From a bacterium (GTDB lineage Bacteria > UBA8248), in contig CBDBZU010000004.1 of assembly GCA_965213625.1 (NCBI GenBank), forward strand, positions 3,488,001 through 3,552,000: a stretch of DNA of 64,000 bases, read 5' to 3'. The notes under the pieces were generated by a model, which was not told the DNA's origin, did not search any database, and worked only from the letters and a program-made list of their open reading frames with translations. Of the stretch, positions 48,484 through 57,954 are shown one piece after another. Position numbers and translations under genes: made by a program. Every line of letters starts with the position of its first letter. The first letter of the stretch is position 1.

Positions 48484-50693
48484 CAGCCCGACATGACTTG
48501 CTTGTAATAGGCGCCATCCCGATCCGCGAACAACTCGTCGTGCGTGCCGCGTTGCACCGTGACGCCCTTGTCGAGCACGATGATTTCATCGCAATCCCGC
48601 ACGGTGCTCAGCCGGTGCGCCACGATCAGGCAGGTGACGCCGCGACGCCGCAGGGCGTCATCGACATCTTCTTCCGTTGCCGCATCGAGTGCGCTGGTGG
48701 CCTCGTCCAGAATGAGCACCGTCGGATTGCCCACCAACGCACGGGCGATTTCCAGACGTTGCCGCTGGCCGCCGCTGAAATTCGCCCCGCCTTCTTCGAC
48801 GAGGGTCGAATATCCCTGTGCTCTATGCAGGATTTCGTCATGGATCCGGGCATCTCGCGTTGCGGCGAAGAGGACCTCATCCGGAACGGCCGGGTTCCAC
48901 AGCGTGATATTGTCGCGCAGGGACGCAGAGAAGAGCACGACCTCCTGATCCACCATGGATATGGACTGCCGCAGCACTTCCTCCGGAATCTGATTCCGCA
49001 GGTGTCCATCGAAAAGGATTTCGCCCGACCAGGGCTGGTAGACGCCCGAAACCAGGCGCGCCAGGGTCGACTTGCCGGAACCGCTTGGACCGACCACGGC
49101 GACGCGCTGCCCCGGATTGATCACGAGGTTGAAGTCCCTTATCAAAGGAGGCCTGCTTTTGTTGAAACCGAATGTGACGTCTCGCAGTTCGAGCTGGCCT
49201 GCAAGCTGGAGCCGGCCGTTGAACGTGGGGATTGACTCCGATTCCGGGTTCCTGCGGCTGAAGACGGGATCCTCATCGGTGCTGGAGATGTCCTCGAATC
49301 GCTGCATATCGGTTTCGAGCGCCTGACGGGTTTCGGCGAATTCCAAAAAACGCCGGATGGGAGCCAGAAACATCTCCGCCAGGATATAGAACCCGACCAG
49401 CGTCCCCAGCGTCATGTCTCCGGTCATGACGAAACCGCCCCCGATGCCGAGAATCGCCGCGCTTCGGAGCGCGTCGATCAGACCCGGAAGCGAGGTATTG
49501 ACGGAGCCCAGTTCGGAGTAGAGTTGGCGCGCACGCAGTTCACGCGCCTGTTGACCGCTCCAGCGCGAAAAAAACCGGTCATCCGCACCCGTCATACGCA
49601 GATTGTCCGCATGACTCAACATCTGCATGCCGAGGCCAATCAGCAATCCCTGTTCACGCCTCATCGCCTGACTGCGCACCGCCCGTAGGGCGTTGAGAAA
49701 GTGGGCCAGCACTCCGTGCAGCAGGGCCAGAAAAAGCACGATCAGCGTGAGCAGGATATCGTAGGCGAACATCGCTACGAGCAACACCGCGCTCATCGCC
49801 ATATCGATAATGAGCACAAGAAACTGATCCGCCAGATTCCTGGCGATTCTGTCGGTGGACGAGACCCTATCGGTCAGATCCCCCGCCAGCCTGTGCTCAA
49901 AAAACTCCACCGGCAACCGCAGCAGCCGTGACATGCCGCGACTGTAGCCGACCACCGATACCCGGACTGCGAGCCGCTTGAGGAAGCGGTGCTTGAGCAA
50001 GGACAGGACGTATACCAGGACGCCGCCGCCAAGCAAGGCAATCACCAACCCGCCCCAGGACCCGTGTTTTTCCAGAACATCGTCGACGAAAACACCGAGA
50101 GATACGGGAATTATCAGCGTCAACAACGTTAACATGAGTCCGCAGGCGATCACCCCGGTAAGCAAACTCCATGATCCGGGGAGCAAGGCGCCCAATTGCC
50201 TGAACAAGTCGGGCCGCTCGCCCCCGGGACTGAAATCGGCGCCGCGCTTGAAGCGAAGCGCAATTCCGCTGTAGTCCTTGTTGAACTCTTCGGCGGAAAT
50301 CCTGCGCCGGCCCGTGGATGGGTCGTTGAGATAGAAATAACGGCCATCGAAACCTTCGAGGACGACGAAATGGCTGAATTGCCAGAACAAAATCAAAGGC
50401 AACTCCAGCATTTTCAGTTGATCGGCGAGTAAGCTGAACCCGCTGCATTCGAGACCATAGTGTCTCGAGGCGCGCAAGATGCTTGCGGCGCTGCTGCCGT
50501 CCCGGCTCACCTCGCATTTTTCGCGCAATTCGGTAAGCGACACCCACCGCCCGAAATAGGCCAGTATGATGCCGAGACAGGCGGCGCCACATTCCGACGC
50601 ATGCATCTGCAACAGAATCGGCGTGGTCACCTTCCGTTTCGATACGTCCGAAGAGGCCTTGTCCCCGGCGTCTTTGGAAGCGGCCGTCGGCAT
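48483..50693 (-). CDS. NHLP-family C39 peptidase/ABC transporter
   Basis: LQMHASECGAACL, HFVVLEG, NDP; GPSGSGKST, FSGGQRQR, ILDEAT. Confidence 0.93.
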   Translation of the reverse strand: MPTAASKDAGDKASSDVSKRKVTTPILLQMHASECGAACLGIILAYFGRWVSLTELREKCEVSRDGSSAASILRASRHYGLECSGFSLLADQLKMLELPLILFWQFSHFVVLEGFDGRYFYLNDPSTGRRRISAEEFNKDYSGIALRFKRGADFSPGGERPDLFRQLGALLPGSWSLLTGVIACGLMLTLLTLIIPVSLGVFVDDVLEKHGSWGGLVIALLGGGVLVYVLSLLKHRFLKRLAVRVSVVGYSRGMSRLLRLPVEFFEHRLAGDLTDRVSSTDRIARNLADQFLVLIIDMAMSAVLLVAMFAYDILLTLIVLFLALLHGVLAHFLNALRAVRSQAMRREQGLLIGLGMQMLSHADNLRMTGADDRFFSRWSGQQARELRARQLYSELGSVNTSLPGLIDALRSAAILGIGGGFVMTGDMTLGTLVGFYILAEMFLAPIRRFLEFAETRQALETDMQRFEDISSTDEDPVFSRRNPESESIPTFNGRLQLAGQLELRDVTFGFNKSRPPLIRDFNLVINPGQRVAVVGPSGSGKSTLARLVSGVYQPWSGEILFDGHLRNQIPEEVLRQSISMVDQEVVLFSASLRDNITLWNPAVPDEVLFAATRDARIHDEILHRAQGYSTLVEEGGANFSGGQRQRLEIARALVGNPTVLILDEATSALDAATEEDVDDALRRRGVTCLIVAHRLSTVRDCDEIIVLDKGVTVQRGTHDELFADRDGAYYKQVMSG

Positions 50694-50694
50694 C

Positions 50695-51246
50695 TTATGA
50701 TCGCCTCATTCGAAACAGCGCGATCGGAGATTGCCTGCCAAGCTCGAAGACAATCCGGCATTTCCCGCCCGCCAGGGAATTCAAATCCATACCTTCTTCG
50801 AGCGCGATATCGATGCGGCGCACGGACATCGGCGCCTTGGACTCAAGCGCCGCCAGCCCCCCGGAGAAGGGCACGGCGGAAATCGCCCTGACCTTTCCGA
50901 CAAGCGCGCCTGTTTTTCCATCGGCCGCATGCGGCTCGATCACCACCGGCATCCCGGCCTCGATATGTGAAGCGATATCGCTCTCGACCCAGACGAGGGC
51001 CCGTACGGACCGGCCGCCCCCGATCGGGTTTTCGCCTTGCTCGACCACTACGCCGTCCACCGCGAAACTACGAGCGACGCTGCCGAAGAAAAGCCATACC
51101 GAGAGGATGCACACCAAGAGAGCGATTGCGGCGACAATCAGACGCTCCCGAGGCGTTGAAATCGTCAGCAACCGGTCAAGTTGCTCGCGTTCTTCCTTTG
51201 CTTCGGCGACAATATTATGAAAAGAATCGAATGGATTATTGAACAC
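50695..51246 (-). CDS. Short NHLP-system secretion (HlyD-like) protein
   Basis: EQLDRLLTISTPR followed by a TM helix and WLFFGSV; GMPVVI...GKVRAIS; C-terminal SPIAL; GTG start. Confidence 0.72.
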   Translation of the reverse strand: MFNNPFDSFHNIVAEAKEEREQLDRLLTISTPRERLIVAAIALLVCILSVWLFFGSVARSFAVDGVVVEQGENPIGGGRSVRALVWVESDIASHIEAGMPVVIEPHAADGKTGALVGKVRAISAVPFSGGLAALESKAPMSVRRIDIALEEGMDLNSLAGGKCRIVFELGRQSPIALFRMRRS

Positions 51247-51664
51247 GACGGCAGGGCAACCCTCTCTTTGTAATCAAGCAAGGTAAAAAAACATCATACC
51301 ATCCGGTAAAAAGAAATGTAATTCTACACAATACGGCTCAAGAATCGTCGGCGTTTGGGAAGCAGTGGATTTCCGATGGGCGGAACAGGCCGTTCGTTTA
51401 CTCGTTTTCGGAATCAGTTACTCCGGGGAGCCGGCCACGAACCGCCCGCGCCTCTCGCGCCGCAACATTTCTCGAGGTCGCCCTCACGGCGACTGACATA
51501 CAAAATCACAGGGCGGGGACATTTTCAAATGCCTTCAATAGACGCCCTGCGCAGCAGGCAGACGATTTTCTCCGGTTTGCAGACCTTCCCCGTTATCATC
51601 GGTCCAGCATTTGCAAACCGGGGGGAATCGATCCTACGGCGCGGAATCAACCTTCGTTGAAATT

Positions 51665-52954
51665 TTACGAACCCGGCGCCTGACAGCCCAGCCCCTGGGA
51701 CATCTGGGCGTAACTGGTGAGCGGAAGCGCGCACATCCGCTCCCAGTCCGATTTGTCGATGACCGTCTGGTTTATCAGTTCGAGCATTTCGTCGAATTTA
51801 CGAAGCGCGTCGCAACCCACCACATCGGGGTCCGCCGCCTTGCGGTGTCGAGGCCAGGCTTTGTCTCTCGCATGGCGCCAGAATCTGCTGTCGTACCTGG
51901 AGCCGCAGGAATAGTGCCAACCGACGAACAGGCTGTAGCACAGCACGTTGTTGATGAGGAACCGATTGACCGCCGGCGCGTCGCGCTCGCGGTGTTCTAT
52001 CGGCCGGTTGAGACGCATATAGAGAACCGTCCCGACCTGCAACTGGGCGGACACGATCGCCGTTGCTTCGAGCGGCTCGATGAAGCTTGCCGCGTTGCCG
52101 ACGCGGGCCACCACGCCATCGTATATCCGGCGGTGGACGAAATTGGGAAACGGAATGACGGCGCGTTGCTCGAATTCCGATACGCCGTCGGTTTCGAGGA
52201 AAGCGTCGAAGTCCGATTCCACTTCCTCGAGGCCGGAAATGTCGCGGTTGAAGATGTACCCGTAGGAGGTATGTGATGCAAGCGGAATAACGAATATCCA
52301 ACCGTACGGACGCGCAACCGCCCGGGTATAGGTGTGTTGGAGAACCAGCCCGTCCCGCTCTTCTTCGACGGTTGCCGGACAGCGGCGGATGACGGCCGTA
52401 TTGGTGGGGATGAAGGAAACATCGATGTGCATTTCGGGGTCGAGTTCTGCGGGAAAGCCCCGGGCATCAAAGACCAAATCGTAGCGCTCCGCCGGCAGGC
52501 CCTCGAATTCCACTCGCGCGCCATCCTCCACCCTCGTGATACTAGTTACTTTCGCGTCGATGCGGCGCGCGCGGTTGCTTTCGCGAAGCAGGTCCGTGAG
52601 CAAGTCGACGGACAGATGGTAGGCATAGGACACCTGCTGCGGCGTGAAATAGTGGGTGAAGTCCTGATTGTGCCGGCCCCATCCCTCGAATGCGACACCA
52701 TACTTGCGCGTTCCTTTCAGGCGCCGCTGGACGGTTTCATGGGGCAAACGGGTCAGTTTGCGCAAATCCTGCACGAGGCTCGGCCAACTGCCTTCGCCCA
52801 CGCCGATGACGGGAATGCGCGAGTCATAGATGTGGTGCAGCTCGTGGTCGCTCTCGGGTAGAAGACGAGTCACATTGGCGGCCGCAAGGGACCCTGCGGT
52901 TCCTTGCCCGAGGACCGCGATTTTCCGTAAAGATTCTGCGCCCGGCTGTATCAT
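51665..52954 (-). CDS. srpI: Flavin-dependent tryptophan-halogenase-family enzyme (peptidyl brominase-like)
   Basis: GQGTAG FAD motif, IGVGEG, TRKYGVAFEGW (catalytic Lys region), GWIFVIPL, FIEPLEAT; clustered with a Trp-terminated precursor. Confidence 0.88.
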   Translation of the reverse strand: MIQPGAESLRKIAVLGQGTAGSLAAANVTRLLPESDHELHHIYDSRIPVIGVGEGSWPSLVQDLRKLTRLPHETVQRRLKGTRKYGVAFEGWGRHNQDFTHYFTPQQVSYAYHLSVDLLTDLLRESNRARRIDAKVTSITRVEDGARVEFEGLPAERYDLVFDARGFPAELDPEMHIDVSFIPTNTAVIRRCPATVEEERDGLVLQHTYTRAVARPYGWIFVIPLASHTSYGYIFNRDISGLEEVESDFDAFLETDGVSEFEQRAVIPFPNFVHRRIYDGVVARVGNAASFIEPLEATAIVSAQLQVGTVLYMRLNRPIEHRERDAPAVNRFLINNVLCYSLFVGWHYSCGSRYDSRFWRHARDKAWPRHRKAADPDVVGCDALRKFDEMLELINQTVIDKSDWERMCALPLTSYAQMSQGLGCQAPGS

Positions 52955-53085
52955 CCTACATCACTTTTACAAGTATCGGTGCATCGCAGGTAAAGTACCA
53001 TTTCCTTTTGAATATAGATGAAATTGCGGATACGAACCATGAGCCTTTTGCAAAGGGAATTATATACGAGATTACCCAAGCCAGC

Positions 53086-53232
53086 CTATTTCGCCGACTT
53101 CTTCATAAAATCCCATGATTTCTTCGGTGGCCCCTGCATGCAAGCGCGGGCGATATTCTCTGGGGTGTCGGGGATAGGTGGAGGCATTTGCTTCTCTACG
53201 GGGCGACCCCGTGGCTTCTTGCTATCGGGCAT
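53086..53232 (-). CDS. Small Pro-rich protein (48 aa) in IS1595, not in the ORF track
   Basis: AAGGAG SD; MPDSKKPRGRPVEKQMPPPIPDTPENIARACMQGPPKKSWDFMKKSAK-stop. Confidence 0.6.
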   Translation of the reverse strand: MPDSKKPRGRPVEKQMPPPIPDTPENIARACMQGPPKKSWDFMKKSAK

Positions 53233-53445
53233 GGATTCTCTCCTTTTGTTGGTGATGATTGAAGTGTAGCATAATTTGTGGTTTATTTCTCATTGCAGAA
53301 GTGTGCAGACTTCTCTTTTCTGCACCATGCCATTCGCCTCTTTTTCTTGATTTCCTTGCTCCACTTTTCATCAATCTGCCTCTTTGCACAATATGCGTAG
53401 GTGAGCTTCCGCTATTAAACCATGCAATCACTACAAAGTGATAGG

Positions 53446-53865
53446 CTACTCTTTCTTACGTAGCCGCTCTCTGAGATTAATCATTGATTCGCATATTGCT
53501 TTTTGCACCTTGTCCACCGACACCGAGTAGCCCTTGAACTCTGGGAACAGGATGAAGAAGGCTTCCTCTAAGTCCTCGCCTGCCACAGAGCAAAACCCTT
53601 CAAATTTTTTGGGCTTGGGGCGAAACCGCCTATTGAACTTCTCCAAAGGCTTGCATATCTCATTGCGCACCTTATACGCTTCCACCAGGTTGCCATCGAA
53701 GCCTGGATACATGCCGACGATCCATTTCCTTACACTATCTCCGCTCGCATTACATAACCCCACGAACTTCGGGCGATTGCGGGAGCCTGGATGCTTTTCA
53801 GCGCCCACCGCGGGCGCGGCGGACAGCATAGCGAGGGCGAATAATGCGAGTATTGCGCGTTTCAT
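53446..53865 (-). CDS. Exported protein with two Cys-containing internal repeats (IS1595 passenger)
   Basis: GGGGAG SD, signal peptide MKRAILALFALAMLSAAPAVGA; two repeats of KFxGxC...PxFxG...KV...IC. Confidence 0.65.
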   Translation of the reverse strand: MKRAILALFALAMLSAAPAVGAEKHPGSRNRPKFVGLCNASGDSVRKWIVGMYPGFDGNLVEAYKVRNEICKPLEKFNRRFRPKPKKFEGFCSVAGEDLEEAFFILFPEFKGYSVSVDKVQKAICESMINLRERLRKKE

Positions 53866-54101
53866 TAAATTCTCCCCTTGCGCGAAAAAAAAGAGCTTCA
53901 TAGAAGCCCTGTAACGAACGAACTCAAGTTTACGAAGGATCTACCATTCGGGATTCTATATCCCCGACGCGGCGGCGGCGTCCTGCTAGCTCATACCGCC
54001 ATTGAAGATAACCAGAACAACAACAAAGGTAATAAGTTCTCCAGTATTGAGCCATTTCGGTTTTCTCATAACGCACACCTTTGATGGTGTCAAGGTGTTC
54101 T

Positions 54102-55043
54102 TTATGCCACCAAGTCATCATACCGGAGCCTCTTGCCGTGCATCCCAGATACGATGGACTCCATTTGCTCGATTGTGTCCATTGGTCGGATATTGTGTCG
54201 CCCTGCAAACTCGTTCACGTAACGTTCAAGATGCTTCTTGCTCATCTTGTGGAATGTTCCATTTTGAGCGCGCTTGAGCATGGCCCAGAAGCTCTCCACG
54301 CCGTTCGTATGCGCTTGCTTCCGCACGTATTCGCCTACGCTATGCTTCACGGCTTCATGGTCGTATCCGGCCATGTTTTCGTATGAGGAATGATCGTCGG
54401 TATACACCTTGGCCCCTTCCTTCACGTTGCTTTGGATGAAACCCTGCAAGGTCTCCCTGTCAGTCGATTCCACCACCTTGGCCTTGATGTGGTTTGTTTC
54501 CCGATCTTTTACGCCAGCGACAATCGCCTTGTCAACGGTTCCACGACCCTTGAGGTTAACCCGCTTTGACTTTCGCATGTTCTTGCGCTTTCCGCCAAAG
54601 TAGGACTCGTCCGCTTCCACGGGACCATCAAACTGCCCGCCGTTATCTCTCCACGTTTCCCTAATGCGGTGCATCATGAACCATGCGGTCTTTTGCGTTA
54701 CGCCCAAATCCCGATGCAACTTCATGCTTGAGACGCCCTTGAGATTCGTAGATGAAAGGTAGAACGCGATAGCCCACTTTTGCAAGGAAATCTTTGAGCC
54801 TTCCATGAGGGTGCCAGTCTTTATCGAGAAGTCCTTGCGGCAATCGCGGCAACGATAAGGCTGGGGCTTGCGTGTCTTTCTCTCTTGAATGTTCAGACCC
54901 CCACACTCAGGGCAACACACGCCGACGGGCCAGCGCGCCTTGATGAACCATGCCTCAGCCGACTTCTCATCGGGAAACATCTGGATGATCTCTATAAGTG
55001 AAATGCCCTTCCGGTATGCCTTGCCTGGTGCCTTGTGAGCCAT
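54102..55043 (-). CDS. IS1595-family transposase
   Basis: CPECG...CRDC zinc ribbon, VEADESYFGG, VYTDD, HTNGVESFW, YVNEF. Confidence 0.95.
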   Translation of the reverse strand: MAHKAPGKAYRKGISLIEIIQMFPDEKSAEAWFIKARWPVGVCCPECGGLNIQERKTRKPQPYRCRDCRKDFSIKTGTLMEGSKISLQKWAIAFYLSSTNLKGVSSMKLHRDLGVTQKTAWFMMHRIRETWRDNGGQFDGPVEADESYFGGKRKNMRKSKRVNLKGRGTVDKAIVAGVKDRETNHIKAKVVESTDRETLQGFIQSNVKEGAKVYTDDHSSYENMAGYDHEAVKHSVGEYVRKQAHTNGVESFWAMLKRAQNGTFHKMSKKHLERYVNEFAGRHNIRPMDTIEQMESIVSGMHGKRLRYDDLVA

Positions 55044-55162
55044 TGTCTAACCTCCTTATTTATGGAAGCAGTTTACCCGCGTTAAGGGAGGTTGTCAAGT
55101 GCTATTTTGGAATACATTAGCAAACATGGTAAAATTAGAAAATTTTACCATGAGGGAGGTCA

Positions 55163-55600
55163 ATGAAACTAAACCCAATTTCAGCCGCCAAGAGAATGTG
55201 TGAGCGATCTGAGTGGTCATTGTCTAATCTGACTCTGCAGAAAATACTGTACATCGCCCACATGTATCATTTAGGATTGCATGATTCAGCCCTTGTGGAT
55301 GGTAATTTTCAGGCATGGGATTTAGGCCCAGTCCATCCAGATGTATATCATTACGTAAAGGTTTTTGGGGGAAGACCTATCAAAAACATTTTTCGTTCGG
55401 TAGCATCTGCAGGTGAAGGAACTGAAACAAAATTACTGGATCAAGCCGTCGATCAGTTAAGCGTGAAAAGTCCTGCTTCATTGGTAGAATTTACACATAG
55501 GGAAAATGGCGCATGGTCTAAATGCTATACTCCATATAAAAATAATGTTGTAATTCCCAATAATGATATAATGAATGAATACAAGGAACTTGCAAGATAA
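55163..55600 (+). CDS. Panacea (DUF4065/SocA-like) antitoxin-domain protein
   Basis: SNLTLQKILYIAH, FQAWDLGPV, THRENGAW; visibly AT-rich. Confidence 0.85.
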   Translation: MKLNPISAAKRMCERSEWSLSNLTLQKILYIAHMYHLGLHDSALVDGNFQAWDLGPVHPDVYHYVKVFGGRPIKNIFRSVASAGEGTETKLLDQAVDQLSVKSPASLVEFTHRENGAWSKCYTPYKNNVVIPNNDIMNEYKELAR

Positions 55601-55605
55601 TTTAA

Positions 55606-55914
55606 ATGAGCGATCCGCCAGATTTTGAGAAAAATTTTTCTAAAGAAGACCCTACACCAAAGACAACCAATTTAGAGATTCTTCAAAGCAAAATAGATTC
55701 TTTGTCTGATGCTCAACTAGAAGAGCGATTCATATTTGGGTTAATCACAACCATTTTACTAAACGTCATTTTCTTCTCAGCCCTACCAGAAGGATGGGGA
55801 GGGCCAATAGCTATTTTAATTTTGGAATTAATACTTCTATTTGTTTTAGCGAAACGGCTAGGTATTGAAGAAGTGTCTCAGTTGATTGACAAATTACTTA
55901 ATCGATTTGGGTAA
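55606..55914 (+). CDS. Two-TM protein, putative cognate toxin
   Basis: Starts 5 nt after the Panacea gene; two hydrophobic helices; stop codon lies inside the IS1595 IR. Confidence 0.6.
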   Translation: MSDPPDFEKNFSKEDPTPKTTNLEILQSKIDSLSDAQLEERFIFGLITTILLNVIFFSALPEGWGGPIAILILELILLFVLAKRLGIEEVSQLIDKLLNRFG

Positions 55915-56068
55915 ACTCGTATATAATTCCCTTTGCAAAACCCCATTGGAGCAGGGGATAAGTTTCGAGGTTGCGTGAAGGTTGGAGGGATATAAGTGGA
56001 CAAGGGGGCGTTCCCTGCTATGTTGTGGTTATGAGCCCTACAACATCCTAAAGCGGAGGGAACGCCCC

Positions 56069-57135
56069 ATGTCCTTGGTATCGAGTTTAACCGACATCTG
56101 GAAGCGGTTTCAAGGTGAATTGTTTCCCAGGCTGTCCGAAGAGGTCGGCGAACTGCAAACGAAGCACAGGCGGCTGGTAGCCGTTCTCGACGTGGTTGCG
56201 GTGGAGGGCTTCGTCGGTGTGCGTAGCGGCGGGAGCGGTCGTCCGGCAGAAGACCGTGGGGCGCTGGCGCGCGCGTTCATCGCCAAGGCCGTATGGGACT
56301 TTCCGACCACGTCGCGTGTGACCCTGTGCTGCGGCGTCTGTGTGGCTGGTCGCGTGTGGGCGAGATACCGAGCGAATCGACGTTTTCGCGCGCCTTTGGA
56401 GAGTTCGCGCGGAGCAGGCTGCCCGAGCGGATGCACGAGGCCGTGGTCAAGGCGGCGTTTGAGGAGACGATTGTCGGTCACATCTCACGCGATTCGACCG
56501 CTATTGACGTTCGTGAGAAGCCCGAACCCAAAGACGGGAAGGCGAAACGGCCGAGCCGGCTGCAGCGGCAGTTGCGCATGGACCGCGACACGATGCTGGA
56601 TGAGTTGCCGACGGCCCCGACGGTTGGCTTGAGGAAAAACGCGAAGGGCTTTCTTGAGACCTGGAGGGGTTACAAGCTGCATGTGGACGCCGCCGACTCC
56701 GGGGTTCCCATTAGCTGCCTGTTGACCTCGGCCTCCCTGCATGACAGCCAGGCGGCCATCCCCCTAGCGACCCTGAGCACGGAACGGGTGACATACCTCT
56801 ATGAACTGATGGATGCGGCCTACGACAGCAAAGAGATCGGCCGGCACAGCTACCTCTCAGGTCATGTTCCGATCATCGACGTCAACACCCGCCGGGACAA
56901 GGAGCGTAAGAAGGAACGTGCCAGGGAGGCTCGCGCCCGGCGCTGCGCCGGATATAGCGACCCCCGAAGAGTGCGCTACAACGAACGCTCCACAGTCGAA
57001 CGCGTGAACAGCCGAATCAAGGATTCCTATGGCGGGCGCCACGTCCGCGTGCGGGGCCATGAGAAGGTCTTCTGCCACCTGATGTTCGGTGTCCTCGCCC
57101 TCACCGTCGATCAGCTCATGCGCCTGACGCTCTGA
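56069..57135 (+). pseudogene. Frameshifted transposase of IS copy 2
   Basis: 19 nt deletion (GCGGGACTTGATGGACCGC) near 56310 relative to copy 1, between GACCAC/GACCGC microhomologies. Confidence 0.9.
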
Positions 57136-57565
57136 ACCCGCACCGGCCCCATGGAACGACCTCGCATCCCGTCCCATAGCCTGAGCGGCGCGATGAAGCC
57201 TGCCCGGACGAACCCGGTTCGCCTGCTCTCTGGCCTCTCTTCCTCCCGCTCACCGCGAAACGCCCGATTCTCCAAACACATGCTGCGTTCCTCAAGCCCA
57301 CTTGGCCTCCTGCGCAATATCTCACAATCCTCCTTGAGGTTTTTGCAAGAAGCTCAGTGATTTTATCCTCGTGTCCACGCCTAAAATCGATTAGGGTATT
57401 GAAGCACGGTTCTGATTTGTACCATCATGCCAATCTCACCATAATGTAATCCATTTTCAAACCAAGTCCAAGTCACACCGTTATTTGTCATTTTTTTGGT
57501 TTCACATACCAATTTAATTGAGCAAGTGATGCATATAATTCCCTAAATTTTCCTTAGTGGATGGA

Positions 57566-57655
57566 ATGGCCGAGAGCTTCTTCGCCACGCTGGAGTACAA
57601 GCTCATCGACCGAAGTTCTTTCTACACTTAGGCCGAAGCGCGTATAAGGGTATCC
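57566..57655 (+). pseudogene. IS3-family transposase fragment
   Basis: MAESFFATLEYKLIDRSSFYT*AEAR resembles the IS3 integrase-core AESFFxTLxxE motif. Confidence 0.65.
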
Positions 57656-57954
57656 ACACTGCGGGCCTCACATCTCGTTTGGAAGTTCATCGTCGCTGTG
57701 TCGACTACGCCGCAAGTGCGAATGAGAAGCGAACCCTTGGTTCCTGAATGAACGTTGCGAGGCACCGGAACGAAGTCATGATTAAGCTGTTGCGGGCGGG
57801 AATTAGGAGGCTGCAACACAACAGTCCGACAGGTAAGCATTCGGTTACGCGGTGATATTTTCACGGGTTTCGTAAAGGTTTGTTGAATTTATGCGGCGTA
57901 GTCCGGTTTGGGCTAGTGCTTTCCTGACTCCATCACCCCACGACCGAATGGTTA

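Larger units (their letters stand above)
53055..55931 (-). mobile_element. IS1595-family element with passenger genes (2877 bp)
   Basis: 25 bp IRs GGGAATTATATACGAG(A/T)TTACCCAA; 8 bp target duplication TTTGCAAA at 53047-53054 and 55932-55939. Confidence 0.93.
53041..57355 (+). mobile_element. IS5/IS1182-like insertion sequence, copy 2, left IR interrupted by IS1595
   Basis: GAGCCTTTTGCAAA (53041-53054) rejoins ACCCCATTGG at 55940; right IR ends TTGCAAGAAGCTC at 57355. Confidence 0.88.

Noticed and set aside
36225-57370. Target-site duplication around the composite unit
   Set aside because: The outer flanks (TTTATTAA and AGTGATTT) do not match, so transposition as a unit is unproven.
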